Below are positions 50,003 through 58,596 of a stretch of 64,000 nt of DNA, piece by piece. The first letter of the stretch is position 1, and each line of letters opens with the position of its first letter. The translations under genes and the position numbers were made by a program. The stretch comes from a virus. The stretch lies in the IMG/VR virus record IMGVR_UViG_3300005253_000054, positions 1 through 64,000 of that record; one strand, given 5' to 3'. The notes beneath the pieces were generated by a model. The model searched no databases. It worked only from the letters and a program-made list of their open reading frames with translations, and was not told where the DNA came from.

Positions 50003-50095
50003 ATGTGCAAATCAAATGATGACGGTTTTGACGAGGATTTCGACGATGATCTTGACGATGAATGGTGGGACGAAGATGGGGATGAAGACGAATGA
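50003..50095 (+). CDS. 30 aa hyper-acidic peptide (not in ORF track)
   Basis: SD GGGAGGT; MCKSNDDGFDEDFDDDLDDEWWDEDGDEDE. Confidence 0.65.
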   Translation: MCKSNDDGFDEDFDDDLDDEWWDEDGDEDE

Positions 50096-50297
50096 CAGTT
50101 ACTTTTGACGAACTGATAATTGAATCCAGATCATTGGCACAGCAAGACAAATCCTGGGGCCAGACGTGGGATGTTGTCGGTCCCCAGGTGGATCAAGGCA
50201 TGGTGCTCGGAAGGATTGTTGGAGCTAAGCACGCAAATAGAATAAAGCTTTATCTGTCGTGGGTAAGCGGTCAGAAAACCAAATGACTTTTGCCGTG

Positions 50298-50320
50298 TTT
50301 TGGATTGATTGGCGTATAAT
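50298..50320 (+). promoter_or_regulatory. repeated promoter-like motif, copy 2
   Basis: TTTTGGATTGATTGGCGTATAAT. Confidence 0.65.
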
Positions 50321-50573
50321 ATTGTAAGGAGAATGATACGAAATGAGCACCATAAAAATAGATGATGATGGTTATGCGAAAGTCACGACTGGTAATCTTA
50401 CGGCTAGATTCGGTTGGGATGGTCATCCAAATGGTGCTAGGGGAATCGAACGTGCTTGTGAGCAGATAGCTAAGCTACAGAATATAATACTTGAACAACG
50501 CAAAATCCTCGACAAGTTGCCGAAGGATGCTGAAGGAAACGTGTACCCGCCGCCAAGCTCCTAACCGAAAGGA

Positions 50574-52421
50574 TTGACGATGCCCCCAGAACTCTATCGT
50601 AAATACCGACCTACCAAATTCTCAGAGGTATTAGGTCAACCTGAAGCAATCAAGACCCTAAACGATTGGGGCAAGCAAAAAGCGATACCCCACTTCCTGC
50701 TATTCACAGGCCCTAGTGGGTGTTTGCGTGGGGATACGAAGATATTTGATCCGGTGGATTCTAGTGATTTGTCTATTCGGGAGCGTTGGAGGATTGGTCA
50801 TCCTTTCCATGTTTTGTCGAGGAACGAGGATAACAGGCTGGTAGTGGCGGAAGCGATGCCACCGGTCCGCCATTCTCCAGATTGGATGTATCGTGTAAAA
50901 ACTTCTGAATCGCTTTTTTACGTAACGTCCGAACACCAGTTCCTCGTTGACACTGGTGAGTACCTTTCATTGAGGGAACTTTACGCTCGGAGATTCGACG
51001 GAGTCCATCTTCTGACCACTTGGGACATTTCCCAAGCAATTCAACACCAAGATGCTCACCATTGTTTGCAAACAAGATTAGATTATTCGGATCGTTATCG
51101 GTCTTATCCCCGTTTTTATGATGAACGACTTCCGATTCAGTCAGATATCGATTCAAAATACGCTCAAGCACCAAACGATGTTCTAGGACGTAACCGTTTC
51201 TCGCATTTGGATGTTTTGGCATCCGTATCAAAACATAACCATCCCCGTCAATTACACGACCACCTTTCCAGGCAGGATTATCGACACCACGTTGGAAAGA
51301 ATACTGTGGACGAATTTGGGTGTTTGAACGTTTCAACGATTCACGAACGTTTTGACGTTTTGTCTTCAGACGTTTTGCGATTTGTTTCTGAGTCCAACCG
51401 TCTTGATACATGCCCGAAACTAACTTGTCCCGTTCTGGAGTCCAAATACGACGCCTGTGTGGATAGAAGCCTTTTGGCATTGTCTTCTCCTTGTTTTGAT
51501 AGGACCATATTCTCTAGTACCATTATACAAGATATCTCCCAAACAAGCAAGCAGCCCTACTATGATTTTCATGTTCCTATTTACGAGAATTATTGGGCTG
51601 GTGGTTTGATTCATCATAATTGTGGCAAAACGACTTTAGCCCGAATTCTTCGGAAGAAACTCAAGTGTTCCGACCACGATTTTATAGAGGTGAATGCCGC
51701 CGAGACAAACGGGATTGATATGGTGCGGTCTATCGCGAGGGTAATGGGCCTTGCACCGATGATGGGCAGGTGTAGGGTGTGGCTCATAGATGAGGCTGCT
51801 AGGCTCACTAAGGATGCTCAGAGTGCTTTCCTCAAGATGCTGGAGGATACGCCCGAACACGTCTATTTTATGCTGGCGACAACTGATCCTCAGAAGTTAC
51901 TACCCACGATTATGACAAGGGCATCTGAGATTAAGGTAAAGGCTTTATCTTCTAAGGATATGACGGATTTGGTTAGAGGCGTACGTCATCAAGAGGAGCA
52001 AGCCAATTCTGAAGAGGATTTGGTTGGAATATCCGATGACGTTTGTGATAAAATTATTGACATAGCAGACGGATCGGCAAGGAAAGCATTGGTCCTATTG
52101 CATCAAGTGATTGGTGAAGGGGACGAGGAGAAGCAGTTAGCGGTCTTGCAACAGGCAGATAGCAAGCAACAGGCAATTGAGATTTGCCGATTGCTAATGA
52201 AAGCGAATACATCGTGGAAGCAGATGGCTAAGCTGCTTAGAGCCGTTGACGACGAGCCGGAGGGTATCAGGCGGCTGATGTTGGCTTATATGACCAAGGT
52301 AGGGCTGAGTGGTAATAAGAGGGCCATCGTGTGTCTTGAGGCGTTTGAGGAGCCTTATTTCAATACTGGCAGGGCAGGATTGGTTTTGTCCTGTTGGAAT
52401 GTAATCAATGGAGGTGGATGA
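50574..52421 (+). CDS. DnaX-like clamp loader ATPase with intein
   Basis: LYRKYRP..F.EVLGQ, GPSG|CGKTT, LIDEA, FLKMLED. Confidence 0.9.
   Translation: MTMPPELYRKYRPTKFSEVLGQPEAIKTLNDWGKQKAIPHFLLFTGPSGCLRGDTKIFDPVDSSDLSIRERWRIGHPFHVLSRNEDNRLVVAEAMPPVRHSPDWMYRVKTSESLFYVTSEHQFLVDTGEYLSLRELYARRFDGVHLLTTWDISQAIQHQDAHHCLQTRLDYSDRYRSYPRFYDERLPIQSDIDSKYAQAPNDVLGRNRFSHLDVLASVSKHNHPRQLHDHLSRQDYRHHVGKNTVDEFGCLNVSTIHERFDVLSSDVLRFVSESNRLDTCPKLTCPVLESKYDACVDRSLLALSSPCFDRTIFSSTIIQDISQTSKQPYYDFHVPIYENYWAGGLIHHNCGKTTLARILRKKLKCSDHDFIEVNAAETNGIDMVRSIARVMGLAPMMGRCRVWLIDEAARLTKDAQSAFLKMLEDTPEHVYFMLATTDPQKLLPTIMTRASEIKVKALSSKDMTDLVRGVRHQEEQANSEEDLVGISDDVCDKIIDIADGSARKALVLLHQVIGEGDEEKQLAVLQQADSKQQAIEICRLLMKANTSWKQMAKLLRAVDDEPEGIRRLMLAYMTKVGLSGNKRAIVCLEAFEEPYFNTGRAGLVLSCWNVINGGG
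50773..51480 (-). CDS. HTH-HNH homing endonuclease encoded antisense within intein 3
   Basis: GWTQKQIAKRL; NPAWKGG; GYVLEHRLV; VVHHKNGDKTDNDPNNL; SD AAGGAG. Confidence 0.9.
   Translation of the reverse strand: MPKGFYPHRRRIWTPERDKLVSGMYQDGWTQKQIAKRLKTKRQNVRESLKRSNTQIRPQYSFQRGVDNPAWKGGRVIDGDGYVLIRMPKHPNARNGYVLEHRLVLERILNRYLTESEVVHHKNGDKTDNDPNNLILFANNGEHLGVELLGKCPKWSEDGLRRISERKVPSMKGTHQCQRGTGVRTLRKKAIQKFLHDTSNLENGGPVASLPPLPACYPRSSTKHGKDDQSSNAPE
51522..51550 (-). promoter_or_regulatory. antisense promoter inside intein 3
   Basis: Minus strand TTGCTT-17 bp-TATAAT, 41 nt upstream of the HNH ATG. Confidence 0.75.
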
Positions 52422-52620
52422 TGTCAGAGTACATATTTCCAGAATACTGGATTCAGTGTACCGAATGTGGTAATGATACCGTGATGGTTGCGTTAGTGCC
52501 CACAACAGGTTGTATATCAAAAACGAAAAGAGAGGCGTGGCAGGCAGCAAAAGGGAGTGGTTGGGGGGGGGGTTCTTATTCAAAACCGATTTGTCCAGAT
52601 TGTAAAGGAAAAGAAAACCG

Positions 52621-53112
52621 ATGAGTGACAAGTTACGATTAGAAATCGACGAATTCAAACTTGACGAGGAATGGATGGGTCAAGCCAAGTTACGGAGAGA
52701 GTGGGGCGAAAAACATGCCGATGCTATTTTCGAGATGGATGAGGCAAAGTCGAAATTGGCAGTAGTCGAGGCTGAGTTAGGTCGCGAGATGCGGAATGAT
52801 CCTGAGAGTTTTGATCTTGGGAAGAAGGCCACTGAGACTGCAATAAAGAGCACCATACCCCTTCATTCCAAACATCAAGCAGCAACTCGTAATCTGAATG
52901 AAGCCAAGCACGCAGCTAAAATCTTAGAGGCTGCTGTCGAGGGTATTGAGCACAGGAAACGAGCCCTTGAAAAACTTGTTGATTTGCATGGGCGGGATTA
53001 TTTTGGTGACAAACCGAGACCATCCAAGGAAAACAAAGAGGCTGTAGAAGAAATGGAGAAGAGGACTATCAGACGACGTGGACGGAGAAAGGTCAACAGA
53101 GACGATGAGTAG
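52621..53112 (+). CDS. UvsY-like coiled-coil recombination mediator (tentative)
   Basis: Helical 163 aa protein upstream of SSB and RecA. Confidence 0.4.
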   Translation: MSDKLRLEIDEFKLDEEWMGQAKLRREWGEKHADAIFEMDEAKSKLAVVEAELGREMRNDPESFDLGKKATETAIKSTIPLHSKHQAATRNLNEAKHAAKILEAAVEGIEHRKRALEKLVDLHGRDYFGDKPRPSKENKEAVEEMEKRTIRRRGRRKVNRDDE

Positions 53113-53243
53113 TCCTTGGTTGACTATCGTCTGTATTTTATTAGGGCTATTCGTTGTGTTGCCATTTGTGGTTTCTCGCAATGTTAGAATAGCAGCATAC
53201 TCATGGCAATGGGGTAAACAACAATTCCAGAAGGAGACAGAAA

Positions 53244-54452
53244 ATGGTGAGTCGAAAGCAGAAGAAGAAAGATCGGAAGAGAGTATCGGCTAAGCGGCGT
53301 AGGGAGGAACATCAATCAGGTTTTACTGGCACGTCGATTAAGTTGCCAGAGGATACGACATTTTTTCAGATTGAGAAAGCCGGCGTTCGTCGTTTCGATG
53401 TTGTTCCTTACGAGGTTGGTGAGGACGCCGGAAATCCCCATGCTGATTCTGGAGAGAAGTATTTCGAGCGTACATTTTACACGCATCGCATCGGTGCTGA
53501 AAGTAAACCTTATATTTGTCCATTGAAAACCTTTAAGAGACCCTGCCCAGTTTGCGTCGAGCGTGGAAAACTGGCACAAGACCCGGATAATAGTAAGGAG
53601 TTAATTAGTGCTTTATTGCCGAAAGAAAGACAGCTTTGGAATGTGTTTGATAGGGAGAATCCCGAAGAGGGTGTACAGATTTGGGACTACTCTTATCATT
53701 TGTTTGGTAAGCAATTGGATGCAAAATTAGATCATGCTGACGAAGAAGATGAGTATGATTATTTTGCTGATCCCGAAGATGGTTTTACGCTCAAGGTCGG
53801 TTTCTCGAAAAAGTCGGGGGGTGGTTATAATTGGAATGAGGCAACGGATATCGAGTTTAAGAATCGTAAAGAGCCTTTGTCTAAAGAGATTATTGACGCT
53901 GCCCATGATTTAGACAGCCTATTGGTTGTTGAATCTTACGATATACTAAAGAAAGTTTTCTTTGAGATGGGTGACGATGACGACGGCGATGGTGACGAAG
54001 AAGAGGATGAGAAGGAAAAGCCACCGAAAGAGAAGAAACGAAGGTCTAAGAAGGAAAAGAAGAAAGAGACTATGACGGCCGAAGAGGCTGGACTAGAGGT
54101 TGGTGACGAAGTTACTCATAAGGAACATGAAGAGTGGGGCACTTGCGACATCACAAAGATTAGTGGTGATGATACCCCGATTACGATAGAGGATGAGGAT
54201 GGTGAGGAACATCGGGCAATTGGTGTCGAAGATTTGGAGAAGGTCGAGGATGATCCAGAACCCAATCCAGAACCCGAACCTGAAAAGAAAAAGGGTAGGG
54301 GTAAGAAGGGCAAAGGAAAGGATAAGAAGGAAAAGAAGCCCGATCCTGTAGATGATGATGCGGATGGTGATGTTGATGATCAGGACATAGATGAGGCTGA
54401 AGAGAATTGGGACGACGACGACGACGAAGATTGGGACGAAGACGACGACTGA
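53244..54452 (+). CDS. gp32-like ssDNA-binding protein with acidic tail
   Basis: H..CP..CPVC, DPEDGF, very acidic C-terminus. Confidence 0.7.
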   Translation: MVSRKQKKKDRKRVSAKRRREEHQSGFTGTSIKLPEDTTFFQIEKAGVRRFDVVPYEVGEDAGNPHADSGEKYFERTFYTHRIGAESKPYICPLKTFKRPCPVCVERGKLAQDPDNSKELISALLPKERQLWNVFDRENPEEGVQIWDYSYHLFGKQLDAKLDHADEEDEYDYFADPEDGFTLKVGFSKKSGGGYNWNEATDIEFKNRKEPLSKEIIDAAHDLDSLLVVESYDILKKVFFEMGDDDDGDGDEEEDEKEKPPKEKKRRSKKEKKKETMTAEEAGLEVGDEVTHKEHEEWGTCDITKISGDDTPITIEDEDGEEHRAIGVEDLEKVEDDPEPNPEPEPEKKKGRGKKGKGKDKKEKKPDPVDDDADGDVDDQDIDEAEENWDDDDDEDWDEDDD

Positions 54453-54463
54453 TTATTTGGCAA

Positions 54464-54517
54464 GGGTGGTAGGTAGTGGGTTTTAGTCGGCCTTATCGCT
54501 GCCTACCATCCTATTTT
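54464..54517 (+). terminator. hairpin/terminator after SSB
   Basis: GGGTGGTAGGTAGTG/CGCTGCCTACCATCC followed by TATTTT. Confidence 0.55.
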
Positions 54518-54550
54518 GAGATTCCGTACTTTGGGTCGTGATGAGTGCAG

Positions 54551-54660
54551 GTAGTGGTGATATGACCGGCGCGGCTGCGGCAACACCTTTAGGTCGTCAT
54601 ATCAGGGAATGCCGTACTCCCGTTAGTCCAGTCGCAAAGCGTCTGAGGCTAACCCACTAT
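54551..54660 (+). ncRNA. candidate four-way-junction structured RNA
   Basis: Four abutting helices (see findings). Confidence 0.55.
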
Positions 54661-55043
54661 TTTCTGACGGGATACCCCTCCTCTGGAGAATACTATGGAT
54701 GAGAGAAAAGATATTTTGACCTTATCAAATGGTGAATTGTCGTTGACGTGGCCAGTAGAATTATCTAAGGCAGACTTGGAAGATATACAGCAGTGGCTTA
54801 CTATGCGATTGAATGCTTTTTCACGGGATTCCATAAGAAAACAAAAAACACATTTTCAAAGGATTAGTAGGTTTTTTAATGATTGTGGGAATGAATGGGC
54901 ATTTTTATCAGAGATTCAAGAGATGGTGTGTATCAATAATGCGGCAATTAGGCAGGTTATTTACAATACAAAGAAACAGGAGTTTGTCAGGCAGGCTGAT
55001 CCAGAAGGGTCGAAGAAATCACAGTTTAGATTGAGAGTGTTCA

Positions 55044-56207
55044 ATGACTAAAAAGACAGACAAGATCAAGGAAGAGCTAACAAAGCCACGTCGGAAGAGA
55101 AGCCCACCGATCAAGGCGTCTGACTTTCTTAGCACTGGATCAACTCTTCTCAATTATGCTTGTACTGGTATGGTGCATGGAGGAATACCCAAAGGTAAGT
55201 TTGTCTTTTTCGTAGGGGATTCTCAGAGTGGTAAGACGTGGTTAGCTTTGTCTTTATTTGCTGAGGCTTGTCGTAACAAATCTTTCGATGACTACCGTTT
55301 GATTTATGATGATGTAGAGGGCGGGGCTTTGATGGACCTAGAACGGTTTTTTGGATCGAAAATGATCGACCGTATTGAACCCCCAGCATTAGACAAAGAG
55401 GGAATTTCAATTTACTCAGAAACTATTGAGGATTTTTATTTCAATATCGATGATGCTTTGCAAGGTGACAGGCCATTCATTTGGGTAGAGGATAGTATGG
55501 ATGCCTTGAGCAGTGATTATGAGGGTAGGAAATTCGAGGAGAAGAAAACGGAAGCAAGGGGAGGGAAGAAAGCCAAAGGTGATTATGGGGACGGTAAAGC
55601 TAAGATGAATAGTAGTTGGCTTAGAGGCATCTTAGCTGGTCTGAGAGATACAGGGTCGATTCTTATCATTGTCAATCAGACAAGAGACAATGTGGGGGCG
55701 GGACTATTCGAGCCAAAAAAGACTCGGTCAGGTGGACATGCTTTGAGATTCTATGCGACATTGGAGATATGGTCATCTGTTGTTGGTCAGATTAAGAAAA
55801 AAGTGAAAGGGATTGATAGACAGATAGGAACATACGTTAGAGTATCCTTGAAAAAGAATCGGGTAAATGGAAGAGTTGACAGATTGGCAGTGATTCCTAT
55901 TTATCATAGCTACGGTATTGATGATGTAGGTAGTTGTGTTGATTTTCTGATTGAGGAGGGTCATTGGGGAAAGGCTGAATCGGAAAAGGATAAAAAGAGG
56001 AAAGTAAAGAGGTCAAAGGAAAAGAAAGAAAAGAAACCGGCTGGAGTCATTGATGTTAAAGAATTTGGGGTAACATTGAAACGAACTCAGTTAATCAAAC
56101 ACATAGAGGATGAGGGATTGCAATTCGAGTTGCGGGATATTGTGTCGGATGTGTGGCAAGAGATAGAAGAGGCTTGTGAGTTGAAACGGAAACCAAGGTA
56201 TGGATAA
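55044..56207 (+). CDS. recA: RecA/UvsX-family recombinase
   Basis: LSTGS, GGIP, GDSQSGKT, DSMDAL, NQTR, SGGHALRFYA. Confidence 0.92.
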   Translation: MTKKTDKIKEELTKPRRKRSPPIKASDFLSTGSTLLNYACTGMVHGGIPKGKFVFFVGDSQSGKTWLALSLFAEACRNKSFDDYRLIYDDVEGGALMDLERFFGSKMIDRIEPPALDKEGISIYSETIEDFYFNIDDALQGDRPFIWVEDSMDALSSDYEGRKFEEKKTEARGGKKAKGDYGDGKAKMNSSWLRGILAGLRDTGSILIIVNQTRDNVGAGLFEPKKTRSGGHALRFYATLEIWSSVVGQIKKKVKGIDRQIGTYVRVSLKKNRVNGRVDRLAVIPIYHSYGIDDVGSCVDFLIEEGHWGKAESEKDKKRKVKRSKEKKEKKPAGVIDVKEFGVTLKRTQLIKHIEDEGLQFELRDIVSDVWQEIEEACELKRKPRYG

Positions 56208-56221
56208 AGGAGATTAGGATT

Positions 56222-56536
56222 ATGTTAGTATTGAGTAGGAAAAAGAACGAGAGAATCGTTATCAACGATAACATCACGATTGTCGTGGTCGAAATCCGGG
56301 GTGACAAGGTACGATTAGGAATTGAAGCTCCTAAAGAAGTCCCTGTACATCGACAGGAAGTGTTTGATGCGATTAAGGCGGGTGAGCGGAAAGTTCAAGA
56401 GGAAGAGATTGCAAGACGGTTAGCTCTCGACCCGCTAGATTCAAGGTCAATCGAGGAGGCAGTTGGTCCTGCTGAAGAATTGACCGACGAGGAAATTATT
56501 GAAGGGGAAAGACAATGGGAGATGGAAAAAAAGTAA
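56222..56536 (+). CDS. csrA: carbon storage regulator CsrA with C-terminal extension
   Basis: MLVLSRKKNERIVI...GDKVRLGIEAPKEVPVHRQE. Confidence 0.95.
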   Translation: MLVLSRKKNERIVINDNITIVVVEIRGDKVRLGIEAPKEVPVHRQEVFDAIKAGERKVQEEEIARRLALDPLDSRSIEEAVGPAEELTDEEIIEGERQWEMEKK

Positions 56537-56837
56537 GAAATCAAAGTGGTTAAGGACAAATCCAATGAAACTTAAGATAGTAATAAAAGTCTCTGAGTCG
56601 ATAACATCGGAACAAATGGAACAGATAGAAAAAGGAGTTAAACGGAAGTTAGGATCGGATGTTGATGTATTGGTACTTAATAAAGGTTTGGATGCCGAAT
56701 GGTCTAATGGGTATACAATAGAGGAGAAAATTGGGGATTATCATTGGAAAGCCTCCGTCCAAACTTTTGATGAATTGTTGAAGATTGCGGAAGTCCATCT
56801 TTGTAGGGCGAAATGATAAAAACATATTGGAGAAGTA

Positions 56838-57728
56838 ATGTCCACCATCCTCTTACTCGATACCAATTATCTAGCCCATCGTGCTTTCTACAGTACGGGT
56901 CACCTATCCCATGACGGAGAAGGGACGGGGATTCTTTACGGTATCTTACAAACGGTAGACCAATTACAAGACCGATTTGCTACCGATAAAGTGGTATTCG
57001 CTTTCGATAGAGGATACGTCGGCCGCACCGAAATCTTTCCAGACTACAAAGCCAATCGGTATAAGAAGGAAAAGACCGAAGAAGAGCTAGAACAGATTAG
57101 GGAATTTCGAAAGCAACTATCCCAGATTCGGGATAAATGGTTGCCAATGTTGGGCTATCGGAATGTATTCTGGCAGAATGGTTACGAGGCTGATGACGTG
57201 ATTGCCTCATTGTCCTTTATTTTCCCTTTTCATAGTGCTAATACAGTGTATGAATTTATAATCGTGTCATCTGACAAAGATTTGTGGCAATTGGTTAATC
57301 AACACGTTCGCTGTTATAACCCACAGACTCAGGTGCTTACTACATGGGAATCATTCCAAAAAGAATGGGGTGTTGATCCAGAAATGTGGCCACACGTCAA
57401 AGCGATTGCAGGAGACCCCTCTGATGGGATTCCAGGGGTAAAAGGCGTGGGGTTAAAGACGGCTGCTAAATATTATTCTGGGGGATTGAAAGAGGATTCA
57501 GCAGTCTACAAACGTATAATAGGTGAGGGGGTTGAGATTCACAATCGGAATATCAAACTGATTCGATTACCGTTTCCAGGTACAGAGAAGTTTGAGTTGC
57601 GGGAGGATAGGGTAACAGCAAAACGTAGAGAGAAGGTGTTTAGGAAATTAGGATTTGCTGGGGGTAGAGTTAGGGGTGTGAGGAAACGAAAACGTAAAGA
57701 GGTTGTGGAAACAGGCGGATTTTTCTAA
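56838..57728 (+). CDS. 5'-3' exonuclease / flap endonuclease
   Basis: YKANR, YEADDVIA, SSDKD, GDPSDGIPGVKGVGLKTA. Confidence 0.93.
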   Translation: MSTILLLDTNYLAHRAFYSTGHLSHDGEGTGILYGILQTVDQLQDRFATDKVVFAFDRGYVGRTEIFPDYKANRYKKEKTEEELEQIREFRKQLSQIRDKWLPMLGYRNVFWQNGYEADDVIASLSFIFPFHSANTVYEFIIVSSDKDLWQLVNQHVRCYNPQTQVLTTWESFQKEWGVDPEMWPHVKAIAGDPSDGIPGVKGVGLKTAAKYYSGGLKEDSAVYKRIIGEGVEIHNRNIKLIRLPFPGTEKFELREDRVTAKRREKVFRKLGFAGGRVRGVRKRKRKEVVETGGFF

Positions 57729-58078
57729 TGACCGGTAAAAAACTCAATTCGGGATCAAAAGGAAAACGTGGGGAGTGTGAGGCTGCGGCTGAGCTAATCC
57801 GCCTCTTCCGATGTGAAGCCCGAAGAGGCAGACAGTACCAAGGTTCTCCAGAGTCTCCAGACATAAAGACCACGATTCCAAAAGTGCATTTTGAGGTTAA
57901 GCGCACGGAATATCTCAGCCTATACGCTGCAATGGATCAGGCCGAGGAAGACGCTGGTACGGATATTCCAGTGGTGTTGCATCGTAGGAACAATAAGGAT
58001 TGGCTTGCAATCGTAGCCTTGGATGACTTGCCTGGGCTGGTCAAGATTTTGAGTAAGCTATTGAAAGAAAGGGAATAG
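57728..58078 (+). CDS. Hjc-type Holliday junction resolvase
   Basis: KGKRGE, PDI, FEVKR. Confidence 0.8.
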   Translation: MTGKKLNSGSKGKRGECEAAAELIRLFRCEARRGRQYQGSPESPDIKTTIPKVHFEVKRTEYLSLYAAMDQAEEDAGTDIPVVLHRRNNKDWLAIVALDDLPGLVKILSKLLKERE

Positions 58079-58080
58079 TC

Positions 58081-58587
58081 ATGTTACGTCGAGCATTTAT
58101 GAAGTTGATGGGGGCTACGCCTTTGTTGCCTTTGTTACCATTGCCAGAATCAGTTGCCAAGGATATTGTAGAAGATGGCTGTGATGATGGTCCTATTATG
58201 GAGGTGTGGGAATCGGCTTACAAGGGTGATCTTGTCGATGCCGTAGCTGCGGAAGAATGGAAAGGATTAGTTGATTTACAACAATGCCGCCTGGATAGAC
58301 ATTGGTATAGTGTTGTTTACTACGTGTGCATACCTCCGGGGTGTATAGGACATGGTTATCCTGCTTGGGATGGTTTTTACTACGGATTTAAGCATGATTG
58401 TCCATTTGATTTGTATGAGAAATTATTTTGGATGAGGCGTGCTTTGCATAGACGACTAGAGACAAAATATCCGAAGACGTATTATACAGGGCCAGTGAAT
58501 ACTATTGTATCGGAAGTCTGTAAGAGAGGTTTAACAGATACGAAATACACAATTGTAAATTGGGATGATAGCATGAGGTGGGAATAG
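58081..58587 (+). CDS. hypothetical protein with twin-arginine-like N-terminus
   Basis: MLRRAFMKLMGATPLLPLLP. Confidence 0.55.
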   Translation: MLRRAFMKLMGATPLLPLLPLPESVAKDIVEDGCDDGPIMEVWESAYKGDLVDAVAAEEWKGLVDLQQCRLDRHWYSVVYYVCIPPGCIGHGYPAWDGFYYGFKHDCPFDLYEKLFWMRRALHRRLETKYPKTYYTGPVNTIVSEVCKRGLTDTKYTIVNWDDSMRWE

Positions 58588-58596
58588 AGAAAACTG

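Larger units (their letters stand above)
50721..51620 (+). mobile_element. intein 3 (300 aa) in the clamp-loader Walker A
   Basis: CLRGDT start, VTSEHQF block B, YYDFHVP..ENYWAGGLIHHN|C end. Confidence 0.92.

Noticed and set aside
54566-54587. Resemblance to HDV ribozyme sequence (GGCGCGGCTGCGGCAACA) and a hammerhead-like TGATGAG at 54539
   Set aside because: Could not build the nested double pseudoknot or the CUGAUGA/GAAA core
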